Assembly: GCA_018376855.1 (NCBI GenBank)
Contig: JAHAAN010000014.1
Location: 1 to 59,481, forward strand
Length of the DNA stretch: 59,481 bases
Origin: Clostridiales bacterium
GTDB lineage: Bacteria > Bacillota > Clostridia > Christensenellales > QALW01
Reading direction: 5' to 3'
Each line of letters opens with the position of its first letter. The first letter of the stretch is position 1. Positions 10,217 through 21,429 of this stretch are shown piece by piece. Below the pieces are notes generated by a model, which worked only from the letters and a program-made list of their open reading frames with translations, ran no database searches and was not told the DNA's origin. Position numbers and translations under genes: made by a program.

Positions 10217-10671
10217 TCTTCAAACGCCTCCACCAGCGTGCCTGCCTGCCTGAACAGCTCCCGCGCAAACTCATCCGGATACGGATACCGATAAACCACG
10301 CGGCTGATGCCCGCATTGATAATCAGCTTTGTGCAGATGGCGCACGGCTGATGCGTGCAGTAAAGCGTTGCGCCGTCCACGCTGATGCCGAGCTTTGCGG
10401 CCTGAATCAGCGCGTTTTGCTCCGCATGAATCGCATAGCACAGCTCCTGCCGCGTGCCGCTGGCGATCCCCAGCTTTCGGCGCAGGCATTCCCCGCGCTC
10501 TGCGCAGGAGGGAATGCCTGACGGCGCGCCGTTATAGCCTGTCGTTAAAATGCGTTTATCGCGCACGATGACCGCGCCGATTTTCCGCTCGCTTTGATAG
10601 CAGCTTGACCAGCCGCCGACCGTCTGTGCCAGCTCCATAAATCTCTTATCCCATTTATCCAAGATACCCAC
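10213..10671 (-). CDS. Deoxycytidylate (dCMP) deaminase / ComEB-type cytidine-deaminase-fold protein
   Basis: Zinc motifs HAEQNAL and PCAICTKLIINAGI. About 150 aa. Confidence 0.85.
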   Translation of the reverse strand: MGILDKWDKRFMELAQTVGGWSSCYQSERKIGAVIVRDKRILTTGYNGAPSGIPSCAERGECLRRKLGIASGTRQELCYAIHAEQNALIQAAKLGISVDGATLYCTHQPCAICTKLIINAGISRVVYRYPYPDEFARELFRQAGTLVEAFED

Positions 10672-10881
10672 CGCTTTCCGCTGCCTAAAAAAGCAGAATT
10701 TTTATGAATAATATTTCGACGGTTTGTGAATAATTCCTGCGTAAAAACACCGAAAGCGCCGTAAAAATCATGTTTTCAGCCCCTAAAATTATGATTAGCA
10801 GAAAAATCAAGATTTCAAGAGATATCCGAAGATATTCACCGATATTCCAAAAAAATGGCATTTTTCAGGAATCTCGTACAT

Positions 10882-10910
10882 TTGCTAATCGCCCCCAAGT
10901 TATATATTAT
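10882..10910 (+). promoter_or_regulatory. Candidate sigma-A promoter of groES-groEL
   Basis: TTGCTA (10882-10887), 17-nt spacer, TATTAT (10905-10910), immediately upstream of the CIRCE element. Confidence 0.5.
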
Positions 10911-10917
10911 AAGCGTG

Positions 10918-10944
10918 TTAGCACTCAAAGAGCAAGAGTGCCAA
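10918..10944. promoter_or_regulatory. CIRCE operator (HrcA binding site) upstream of groES
   Basis: TTAGCACTC-N9-GAGTGCCAA, which is 17/18 against the consensus TTAGCACTC-N9-GAGTGCTAA. Confidence 0.9.
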
Positions 10945-10963
10945 ATTTATACCGATTCATTAA

Positions 10964-12915
<1,952 letters not shown>

Positions 12916-12940
12916 TCCGCGCATAAACACTCTGCTTTTT

Positions 12941-12977
12941 AATAACGGTCTGCTTCATGCAGGCCGTTATTTTTTAT
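12941..12977 (+). terminator. Intrinsic terminator after groEL
   Basis: Hairpin aataacggtctgc / gcaggccgttatt (one G-U pair) followed by TTTTTAT. Confidence 0.8.
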
Positions 12978-13165
12978 TGATTTCAAAAATATTCATCCTA
13001 CCGCCGACGGCAACACCGCTTTTTTGCAGCTGCCGCTCCTACATATCTATACTCGTAGCTGGCAGTACGTTTACTTTTGCTGCCGCAGAATATCCGTGTC
13101 GCTTATCAGGCTTTTCTCTCCATTCTCTATTTAAATAAAATATATACAAATTTTGATTTTATACA

Positions 13166-13194
13166 TTGACAGGCGAAGTATCTTAATATATAAT
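13166..13194 (+). promoter_or_regulatory. Consensus sigma-A promoter of the padR operon
   Basis: TTGACA (13166-13171), 17-nt spacer, TATAAT (13189-13194). Confidence 0.7.
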
Positions 13195-13216
13195 ACACGC
13201 CATAGGAGGTGCAAAT

Positions 13217-13588
13217 GTGCTCAATACATCTGATATTTTCCGCGGTTTTACAGACTCTATGATCTTGGCCGTGCTGGCAAAAGGCGATAGCTGGGGCTAC
13301 CAGATCAACAAAGAAATTTCCTTATACTCAAAAGGCGCCGTTGTGCTAAAGGAGGCAACGCTTTACACATCCTTTCGCCGTTTAGAAGCAAGCGGCTTTA
13401 TCCTTTCCTATTGGGGAGATGAAACGACGGGCGCACGCCGCCGATACTATGCCATCACAGAATCCGGGCGGAAATTTTACAACGAAAACTGCACCGAATG
13501 GCAGCAAATGAAGCAAGTGCTGGATGCTCTTTTGCTTAACAATACAACAAAAAAAGAATCGGAGGGAGCTTATGAACAGCAAAATTAA
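13217..13588 (+). CDS. PadR-family transcriptional regulator
   Basis: GTG start 5-6 nt after AGGAGGTG. Winged-HTH sequence (ILAVLAKGDSWGYQINKEI...EATLYTSFRRLEASGFI). Confidence 0.85.
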   Translation: MLNTSDIFRGFTDSMILAVLAKGDSWGYQINKEISLYSKGAVVLKEATLYTSFRRLEASGFILSYWGDETTGARRRYYAITESGRKFYNENCTEWQQMKQVLDALLLNNTTKKESEGAYEQQN

Positions 13589-14252
13589 AAACTATGTGGA
13601 AGTCCTGTTTGCAGACGTTCCCCGCACAAAACGGGCGGCAGAACTGAAAGAAGAAATTCTATCGAACCTTAACGACCGCTTTGAGGATCAGATAAGGGAA
13701 GGCAAAAGCGAAAACGAAGCCTATGGCGCCGCTGTTGCAAGCATGGGCGATATTGACGCGCTGCTTGCCGAAGTTACGCCGAGCGAGGACTTCAAAAAAG
13801 AAGCCGACTACTACCGCCGCCGCAAGGCAAAATTCATTTCCATAGGCGTCGCGCTCTATATTCTCGGCGCGCTTGCACTGATTGCTTTCGGCGCGCTCGG
13901 CGAGGTGTTCTCTCCGCAAAGAGTAGAATTTTTCGGCGTGATCGGCCTGTTGGTGCTGCTGCTTTTCTGCGCCGTTGCAACCGGACTGATTATTTACGGC
14001 ACAGCCTCCACACCGATCGAATACAAAGACTTTGAAGAACAGAACGATCGCAGCAGACGCGAAAATATGACCCCAAAAGAACGAAAATTCAAAGCCACCA
14101 TGTCCATCTATTGGTCTGTTGTTACCTGCATATACTTAACCGTGAGCTTTATAACCTTTGCATGGCACACCACATGGATCATTTGGCCCGTTGCGGGGAT
14201 CCTCTGCGGCATTCTTAAAACCATCAACGAAATGAGGGATCTGAATGACTAA
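13572..14252 (+). CDS. Membrane protein with a DUF1700-like (permease-prefix) N-terminal domain
   Basis: MNSKIKNYVEVLFADVPRTKRAAELKEEILSNLNDRFEDQIREGKSENEAYGAAVASMGDIDAL followed by 4 TM segments. Overlaps the padR end. Typical partner in a PadR operon. Confidence 0.7.
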   Translation: MNSKIKNYVEVLFADVPRTKRAAELKEEILSNLNDRFEDQIREGKSENEAYGAAVASMGDIDALLAEVTPSEDFKKEADYYRRRKAKFISIGVALYILGALALIAFGALGEVFSPQRVEFFGVIGLLVLLLFCAVATGLIIYGTASTPIEYKDFEEQNDRSRRENMTPKERKFKATMSIYWSVVTCIYLTVSFITFAWHTTWIIWPVAGILCGILKTINEMRDLND

Positions 14253-15138
14253 AAAAGAAAGTCTAACGATTCGGCTCGTCGTACTGATTTTATGCTTGGT
14301 TCTTTTTTTAGGCAGCGCTTTGTTTTATGTTTTTAAAATCAATGAGGGAGGTTGGAATATCAATATGGCATTCAGAGGAAATGAAGCACTGCTTCAAAAT
14401 ACGGTTTACGAAAAAGAAGCCGTTCAGCGTTTGGAGATCAAAACAGCCGCCGCAGACGTTTATCTGAAGGCAACGGACGATGAAAAGCTCAGCGTTACCG
14501 TCTACGGCAGAGACAACGCAAAGGATGATCCTGCTCAAATCAACTTAGTAAATGGCGTTCTCAGCATCAAGGAATCCCCCGTAAGAAAACTGTTTTCATT
14601 TTTCTCAGTCTTGACAAAAATTGAAATCGCCGTTCCGAAGGCTCTTTGCCCGCAGGTATCCGTTGAAACCGCCAGCGGAGACGTGCGCGTTACAATCGAC
14701 ACCAACACTCTGCATCTTTCCAGCGCCAGCGGAGATCTTGAAATCTTCGGCAGCTGCGGCGACCGCTTGACCGTTTCACAAGTCAGCGGCGAAATCAAGC
14801 TTTCCGCTTCCGCAAAGGAAATGCTTCTTTCCAGCGTCAGCGGCGATATGGAGCTTCAGGCTCAAACGGAAAAGCTTGAAGCAAAATCTGTCAGCGGCGA
14901 TATTGATTTCTCGCTCTCCGGCAGCGCCAAAACAGCCGTCATCCATACGACAAGCGGCGATATCGAAGCCTCCATCGGCGCCATAAACGATTACAGCGTC
15001 TCCTTTGAAAGTGTGTCGGGAAGCCTCAACGACAGAAAAAACGGCAGCAACGCCAAAAAGAAGATCTTTTACACCGTGGGAACAGGCGCGCTCTCCCTTT
15101 CCTTCCATACCGTCAGCGGCGATGCAACCGTGCGGTAA
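14245..15138 (+). CDS. DUF4097-like beta-strand-repeat protein with N-terminal TM segment
   Basis: Repeated SGD(I/V/M) strands (TASGDVRV, SASGDLEI, VSGEIKL, VSGDMEL, VSGDIDF, TSGDIEA, VSGDATV). Third gene of the PadR operon. Confidence 0.7.
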   Translation: MTKKESLTIRLVVLILCLVLFLGSALFYVFKINEGGWNINMAFRGNEALLQNTVYEKEAVQRLEIKTAAADVYLKATDDEKLSVTVYGRDNAKDDPAQINLVNGVLSIKESPVRKLFSFFSVLTKIEIAVPKALCPQVSVETASGDVRVTIDTNTLHLSSASGDLEIFGSCGDRLTVSQVSGEIKLSASAKEMLLSSVSGDMELQAQTEKLEAKSVSGDIDFSLSGSAKTAVIHTTSGDIEASIGAINDYSVSFESVSGSLNDRKNGSNAKKKIFYTVGTGALSLSFHTVSGDATVR

Positions 15139-15224
15139 CGCACCGGTTTGCAAGACTTTTCGCTGGCACGGCGGTCTCCATAGCAGCAAAACAGCCAAGC
15201 GTATGCTTGGCTGTTTGCAATAAT

Positions 15225-15280
15225 AAGCCCCTGTGTCGCAGAATCCAACCTCAAAGGATTTTGCGACACAGGGGCTTATT
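15225..15280. terminator. Bidirectional intrinsic terminator
   Basis: 16-nt arms aagcccctgtgtcgca (15225-15240) and tgcgacacaggggctt (15262-15276), followed by ATTTT. Confidence 0.75.
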
Positions 15281-15302
15281 TTCAGGGTTTCCCGCAAAAA
15301 CG

Positions 15303-18189
15303 TTACTTCCGTCGCCGTTTACGGCTGCACAGCCAAAGGATCGAGATCGCCGCCGCTAACACCGCTGCCGCCGCGCCTATGATCCACAGCTCGCCGCCTC
15401 CCCTATTCTCCACGGTTACGACAGCCGTAGCCTCAGGCTCCTGCGTTGCGGAGGACGGCGGAACGACAGCCTGCCCCGGATCGCCGACCACCAACGCGCC
15501 CTCCTCCAACAGAACAGGGAAGCAGGTGAACTCTTCCGCATCTCTTACGCTTATATAGGGCTTTAACTGATATCGCCCCTCCCCCTGCACAGCAAAGGTG
15601 AGCGTATCCTGCCCGTTTGCCTGCCGCAGCCGGCTTATCAGCTCGGAAGGCGTCATTTCAAGGCGGGCGGCCGCCTCTCCGCCGGGTTGAACGCACGCCC
15701 GATCCGACGGCCCGCACAACGCCATGAACACCGGCTCGTATAAAATACCGTAGCGCACACGGCCTTCTATCTGAGAATTTCCGGTCTATTTAACCGCCTG
15801 CATTTCCATAAGCAAAGAAAACGTGATAACGTCCTGATCCTCAAACGTGCGCTCTATCGCGGCATAGCTGCCGGGTGTTCCCGACCCTACGATCTCGCCG
15901 TTAAGCCGAATGTCCACCGTTTTCACAGCCCACAACGGAATACGAACATGCAGGATCATGCTGCCGGAACGCTTCATATTCAACGTGAGGGCAACCTCCT
16001 GCCCGTAGGGAAACTCCGTCGCCATCTCCAAGGTTCCAGACGCCGCCTCTGTTTTGAAGTCAATGCAGGCATCCGCATACAGGTTTACATAAGCCCTTTT
16101 CATTGTAGGAATAAACAAACTGAGGCAGCTGCGCAAGCTGGCGGGACGCCTGCACCTCGCAGCAGGTATTGATTAACGAGCCTTGCTCTTTGGTCTGCGT
16201 CATATGGTTAAAATACCGGATCTCTCCCTCCGCGTTTTGGCTTGCAAACACAATATTGATCAGCGACTGCTCAAGATAATAAGCAAAGCGTTCATCCTCC
16301 GGAAAATACTGAAGCAAACGGTAGTTCAGATCCGCCCAAAGAACATTGTTGCAGGTTTCATAAACACTGCGGGACGAATGAGAAAGCATATGGTTTCCCG
16401 GCTTATATTCAGCCCCCTCGCACATGCACACGCCTCCGCCGGTGGTAATATAATATTCGGCAAAGATCGTCCACGTCCCCAGCGCCGCCTGCAAATAGGT
16501 TTCCTCTCCCGTTGCGCCGTACATATCCAAAAACGCACAAGCCGCCGTTGCCATATATGCGTGAGGGCGGTCAAGCGGATACATATACATGGCCTCCGGC
16601 ATTGCGTTTCCAAGATAATCCAAGTACCAATCCATCTCGTAATACAGCATATTCGTAATAATATCCTGCGCCTTTCCGACTCCGGACTCATAGCAAAGCG
16701 TGCCGCCCAGAATTCCCTGTATGCCCAAGCTTCCCGGAAGCAGATGCTCTTTATAATCGCAGCCGTTGAACCAAGCGTACAGACCCCGCAGCAGAACATA
16801 TGCGTCCTCATATCCGGCAAGCCCCGCCGCAACAAGCCCCTGCGTATACATCACGCGACCGTAATTCTTGCATTCATCCACCGATACATATGGGTTATCC
16901 GATGTCAAAAACAGGCCGTCATACCACTCTTCGGGTTCGGGCAGGCAATAGCCGCTTTCCTTGCGGCGTTCCATTGCCGTGCTCAACAGCTTTTTCACAG
17001 CCTCGCTCAGCTTTTCATCCTGCGTAAACCGAAGCGAATTTCCGCCGCCGCCAGTATACGCCCCTCATTCGCACTCGGAAAATTCTCTATCCATACCGAA
17101 TCGTAATTCACATAATGAGTCAGTCCGATGCTCTTCTTAATCATTTTCACGTTCTTCATAAAAGCATCGTAATAGATCCCGCCCCGAAGCGACACGCCGC
17201 TTTTGGGGAAATCAGCCGCTTTATCCACCGGCTTCCACCGATCCTCGGGAATATATGTTTTCGTGCCGTCTTTCATTGCCGCAAGCGCCTCCTTGCCAAG
17301 CCGGAAGATCTCCGTTGCAGCGTTATCAGGGTGGAGCGTAACGGCATAATCCACAGCAAAAACTCCGCTGAGCACCTTTATTTTCAGCGTATGCATTCCG
17401 TCCTGAAGCCCGTCTATCCTGCATAACAGGCGGCGGTTTTGAATCTCAGTGCTTTTGCTGTCTATAACAGCTTTTCTTTCACCGTTTATATAGACCTCCG
17501 CAATTCCCCCTTCGGGGCAGGTTCGCCCGTAAAGCTCGATAAAATCACCCCGAAAGGAAACCATCATCCATGAATCGGCAGCGTCGGCCGTATGCAGCGT
17601 TGAACCCAGCGCCTCCGGATCGTCTTCCAAACGAAAGCCGGACACATAGTTATAATAACTTGGCGCCGTATCGTTGAGCACGGCGCTTTCCGAAGCGCCG
17701 CCATAGCACACCGCCTCCAAGCGATCTACCTCAAACCATTTTCCCGCGTTTTCCGCAGTGTCGCATCTGACGACCCGCAGGGTGTGCGTTCCGCACTCAA
17801 GCTCCGGGCTTTCCCACACAACCTGCGGCGTTGCCGCATAGCCCAGCGCGCCGCAGTCAAGCGTTTGAAGCAAAACACCATCAATATATATCCACTTTTA
17901 CATATAAAGGATTATAATTCGCATACCAATATATTTTTGTGCAATCGGTAAACGTATAATCAAAGCCGGTATTCGGCTCCGTGGTTGAAGATGCCGTATC
18001 AAGATAATACCCCTCAATCCCGATCGTATCAAGATTTCTCATATGTCCCCATACGCCGGTAAACCCCAGCTGGTAGTTATCCGCCGTTCGGATCACGGGC
18101 ATCTCCTGCCGTTCAGGCTGTGCGGCAGCCGGAATGCACAGAGCTGCGATCAGCCATGCCAGAATCAAAGCTATGTATTTTTTTGCCAT
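15303..18189 (-). pseudogene. Disrupted secreted GH127-like (DUF1680 / beta-L-arabinofuranosidase family) multidomain glycosidase
   Basis: Five consecutive same-strand ORFs together read as one protein. 17881-18189 carries the signal peptide MAKKYIALILAWLIAALCIPAAA and a beta-sandwich. 17007-17873 is CBM-like and starts the barrel. 16060-16998 is the barrel, with ETCNN and TCCEVQ Cys motifs. 15786-16136 is a beta-sandwich. 15303-15758 is in the same frame after a TAG and ends in a TM segment plus RKRRRK. Frameshifts fall in simple runs near 17883-17891, 17027-17031 and 16094-16100. Confidence 0.7.
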
Positions 18190-18294
18190 TATATTTTCCG
18201 CCTTCCCTATAGATTGCCTGCATCATAACAAAAATCTTCCGAACTTTCTATTCCGCCGTTGGGGTATTACCGGTTCGTTCATATTTTTTACAAA

Positions 18295-18328
18295 ACAAAA
18301 AACGCATACGGGCACTCCCGCATGCGCC
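18295..18328 (-). terminator. Intrinsic terminator after the PP2C gene
   Basis: Hairpin cgcatacggg / cccgcatgcg followed by a T-run on the minus strand. Confidence 0.6.
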
Positions 18329-18343
18329 TTACGGCTTCATCCT

Positions 18344-19513
18344 TCAGCACAGGCTCAGCGTAACGCGCTTGCCCATTTTTTCAAGCATTTCCTCCAAGGC
18401 CTTAACCGCCGCCAGCTTGCTTTGAAAGCTGATGCCTGCGTCGCTGTCCGCATGCGCGGGATTGACTGCCTGCCCGAAATAAATGTGAATGTCGCTTGCC
18501 TGCTCAAAAAGCAGCTCGGCCAGCGCACCGACAGCATTTTTCTCCTCTTTAAAAGAAAGGCACAGCTGCGGCTCCTGCCGATAGCGCTCCCCCAACTCAA
18601 CGAGCGCGCGAAGCGTAATCACACCCTCCGTAACAAGATCTACGCCCTCGATCCTTGCCTTCGCCGGGATGTTTTCACTCATGGAAGCCCGATCGATCTC
18701 CACAGGCTTATTCAGATATGCCGAAACCGTTCGCGCCGTAGTGCCTCCGCAAACGATATGATAGCCCTCCTTAGCAAAAAATAAACGAAGAATGCGGTCA
18801 TCGTCATTTTTGTTTTCCGGCGGCCCGATCAGCATCTGCGCGGCCCTGCGCGGACGCAGACGATAAACCAGCACCGTACAGTCGTCATCCGGCGAGGAAA
18901 GATACAAATCCGAACAAGCTCTTGCAACAAGCGCGGCAAATTGCTGCGCCGAAAGAGAAGGATCATACCAACGCTCCAAAAAACGCACGATCTCCTCCCT
19001 CCCCCAGCCGTTCTGCGTGGTCTTGCCAAGCCCCGCGGCGCTTACGCCGTCGCTAAACAGCACAAGCGTATCCTCCTCGCAAAGCTCCAGCGCGCTGTGA
19101 AAGATCTCCTTTCCGTTGACGGTTCGAGATGAGGATGGATAATCAAAATTTTTTCCGTTTCGCAGCAAAATTGCCGCCGGATTATCAAACTGAGAAAGCT
19201 CCAGCCGATTGCCGCGCTCAAAGCGCGCAATCGTAAACGTTGCATATGCCAGCTTGCGCACCTTGCACACCGGCAGCGTCATGGCGACCGTATCCACGCA
19301 CTCCTCCTCGGAAAGCCCTCCGTTTGTGAGCGTACTGAGAATTTTCGCCGTAAGCGTCGCCAAAATATTGGCTTTGACGCCGCTTCCCAGCCCATCGGAA
19401 AGCACAACGGTTCTGCCGTTTTTTCCGGAAACCGAGGTATAGAAATCTCCGCAAAGCGTTTCGCCCTCCTTACAGCACTGTACTGCGCCGCACTGCAAAT
19501 ACAGCTCTTCCAT
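18344..19513 (-). CDS. PP2C/SpoIIE-family serine phosphatase with an uncharacterised C-terminal domain
   Basis: CGDFY...VLSDGLGSGVKA...LFSDGV...DDCTVLV motifs. Its start lies 4 nt after the hydS stop, consistent with translational coupling. Confidence 0.8.
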   Translation of the reverse strand: MEELYLQCGAVQCCKEGETLCGDFYTSVSGKNGRTVVLSDGLGSGVKANILATLTAKILSTLTNGGLSEEECVDTVAMTLPVCKVRKLAYATFTIARFERGNRLELSQFDNPAAILLRNGKNFDYPSSSRTVNGKEIFHSALELCEEDTLVLFSDGVSAAGLGKTTQNGWGREEIVRFLERWYDPSLSAQQFAALVARACSDLYLSSPDDDCTVLVYRLRPRRAAQMLIGPPENKNDDDRILRLFFAKEGYHIVCGGTTARTVSAYLNKPVEIDRASMSENIPAKARIEGVDLVTEGVITLRALVELGERYRQEPQLCLSFKEEKNAVGALAELLFEQASDIHIYFGQAVNPAHADSDAGISFQSKLAAVKALEEMLEKMGKRVTLSLC

Positions 19514-19517
19514 ACGC

Positions 19518-21230
19518 TTACTCGCCCCCCTTTACACTTTCCAAACCGGCCTGCCCCGCCTGCCCGTTCTCCTCCTCCAGAATCGTCTGCTTCAGCTGCG
19601 CAACGGCAAGCTTGGTTTCCGCCGCCGTTTCCCCAAGCAGCGACGCGATCTCATGCACGATCCTGAGCTGTTTTTCCACAATATCATCAGCCATGTTCGC
19701 TGCGCTGATCTTGCTTTTCATGCTTCGGTCATGCGCCTTTTTAGATCCGGTAATATCCTTCATAATGCAGATAATCAGCTTATTCTGCTCCTCATAAAGA
19801 AAGGTCTGCTCCAAATAAAGGCCGTAATCGGCAAGATACGCCTGCTTCTGCAAAAGCGGCAGCTCCTCCGCAATCACGGTAACAAAATCATAATCGTCAA
19901 ACAGCCGCGAGACCGGCGCATGAAGAATATCCCTCTCACTGCCCATTCCGAACAGCTCGCAGGCCGCCTTGTTGATCTGGCACACGGTTAAGTTTTCTGA
20001 AGATACCGTTATGATCGCATTAGGCGTCGCCTGAATGATGGTTTCCGAAAACGATTCTGCGCGCTCTTTCATAAACGGAAGACACATGCTGATCTCCGCA
20101 CGGCCAAAAAACACCGCCTCCGCCTTTTCCCGGCAGGTGGCATAGCCGCAGCTTCCGCAGTTAAGCTCATCCTCCGGCGAAAGCTTCCCCATTCGGCGCA
20201 AGATTTCCGCAATCTGCGCCTCCGAAGGCTTGGGTCGCTTTTTCCTGCGATCCGCATACTGCTGCCGCTCAGGCCGTTCCTCCGCTGTAAAGTCCGCCTG
20301 TGGATCATCGCCCGCCGCCGCCTCAACCGCGCTGCGCGCCGCGAGGGACGCCCGCCTTCCCGGCATGGCCGGCCCGCCGATGCAGGAGCCCTTACACGAA
20401 CTCATCTCCACAAAACGCCCTTTTGCGTTTTCGGAAAGCAGCTCCTCAATGGTGTCCATGCACGACTGCATCCCGTCCACCGCGGCATAAGAAATTCCCT
20501 TCTGCTTTTTCATCGTACTCAAAATGCCGCCCGTAACGGGAAACATTCTGCTGAACCGCACAGTGTTCTCCGGCATCCTCTCCACGCGAATGCTCCTGCG
20601 GGCAAGCCAACCGATCAGCTCGTCAAACGTTACGGCAAAATCCGCGCCTCCCTGCCCCGCTTCCCCTTTTTTAGAAACACACGGCCCGAAAAATACCACG
20701 GAAGCGTTCGGCATTTCCTTTTTAATCAGCTGCGCCGAAGCCTGCATGGGCGATACTACCGGCGCTAACAGCGGGATTGCCTCCGGCCGGTGCCGTTCGA
20801 TATACCGCACAACGGTAGGACAGCAGGTAGAGATCATCACACGCTCCGGATCTTCCGCCAGCAGGCGCTCATACTCTGTTTTTACGATGTGCGCGCCCTC
20901 CGCCGTCTCCCGCGCATCCAAAAAGCCCAGCTGCAAAAGCGCGGCGCGCAGCGCGGAAAATGCGCAGCCCTCAAACGCTGCCGAAAAGGACGGCGCCACC
21001 GTTGCAATCACGGTGCGCCCCTGCGCGATCAGTTCCTCCACACGCGGAACCTCATTGATATCCTCCTTGGCATTTTGCGGACAGACCACCGTACATGCGC
21101 CGCAGAGAATGCATTCCTCATCCAAAATCCGCGCTTGATGATCCTTAATCTCGATAGCCTTTACCGGACAGTGCCGCACGCATTTATAACAATTTTTGCA
21201 ATTTGCTTTTTTAAATTGCAGAACCTGCAT
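19518..21230 (-). CDS. hydS: Putative sensory [FeFe]-hydrogenase (group C, HydS/HfsB-like) with C-terminal PAS domain
   Basis: N-terminal 2x[4Fe-4S] ferredoxin motifs. Modified H-cluster motifs (STCCP, GPCVSKKGE, EMSSCKGSCIGGP). An extra Cys cluster (CGSCGYATC) precedes a PAS-like C-terminus. Confidence 0.8.
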   Translation of the reverse strand: MQVLQFKKANCKNCYKCVRHCPVKAIEIKDHQARILDEECILCGACTVVCPQNAKEDINEVPRVEELIAQGRTVIATVAPSFSAAFEGCAFSALRAALLQLGFLDARETAEGAHIVKTEYERLLAEDPERVMISTCCPTVVRYIERHRPEAIPLLAPVVSPMQASAQLIKKEMPNASVVFFGPCVSKKGEAGQGGADFAVTFDELIGWLARRSIRVERMPENTVRFSRMFPVTGGILSTMKKQKGISYAAVDGMQSCMDTIEELLSENAKGRFVEMSSCKGSCIGGPAMPGRRASLAARSAVEAAAGDDPQADFTAEERPERQQYADRRKKRPKPSEAQIAEILRRMGKLSPEDELNCGSCGYATCREKAEAVFFGRAEISMCLPFMKERAESFSETIIQATPNAIITVSSENLTVCQINKAACELFGMGSERDILHAPVSRLFDDYDFVTVIAEELPLLQKQAYLADYGLYLEQTFLYEEQNKLIICIMKDITGSKKAHDRSMKSKISAANMADDIVEKQLRIVHEIASLLGETAAETKLAVAQLKQTILEEENGQAGQAGLESVKGGE

Positions 21231-21429
21231 ATTTTTCCCTCCGTTCCGTTGAAACAGCTATATTGTAGCACGCCGAAACATCCGCGTAAATATATAAAAA
21301 TAGAATGGCTTTCATATATAAAAAGATATTTAAAGTGGCCTCGAAGTATGGTAAAATATATGTTCGGAGTCCGGCTTTGGAATCCGTTTATGCATACGCA
21401 CGATCAATCGGGGGAAGGAATGGAAAATT

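Noticed and set aside
15786-15788. The in-frame TAG codons at 15786 and 28434 read as pyrrolysine or a reassigned sense codon, and the TGA at 56537 read as selenocysteine.
   Set aside because: TAG clearly serves as a normal stop for ispE and hisC in this window. No pyl or sel genes, and no SECIS-like hairpin, were seen. None of the affected families is a known Pyl or Sec protein. Nonsense mutation or sequencing error is the simpler explanation.
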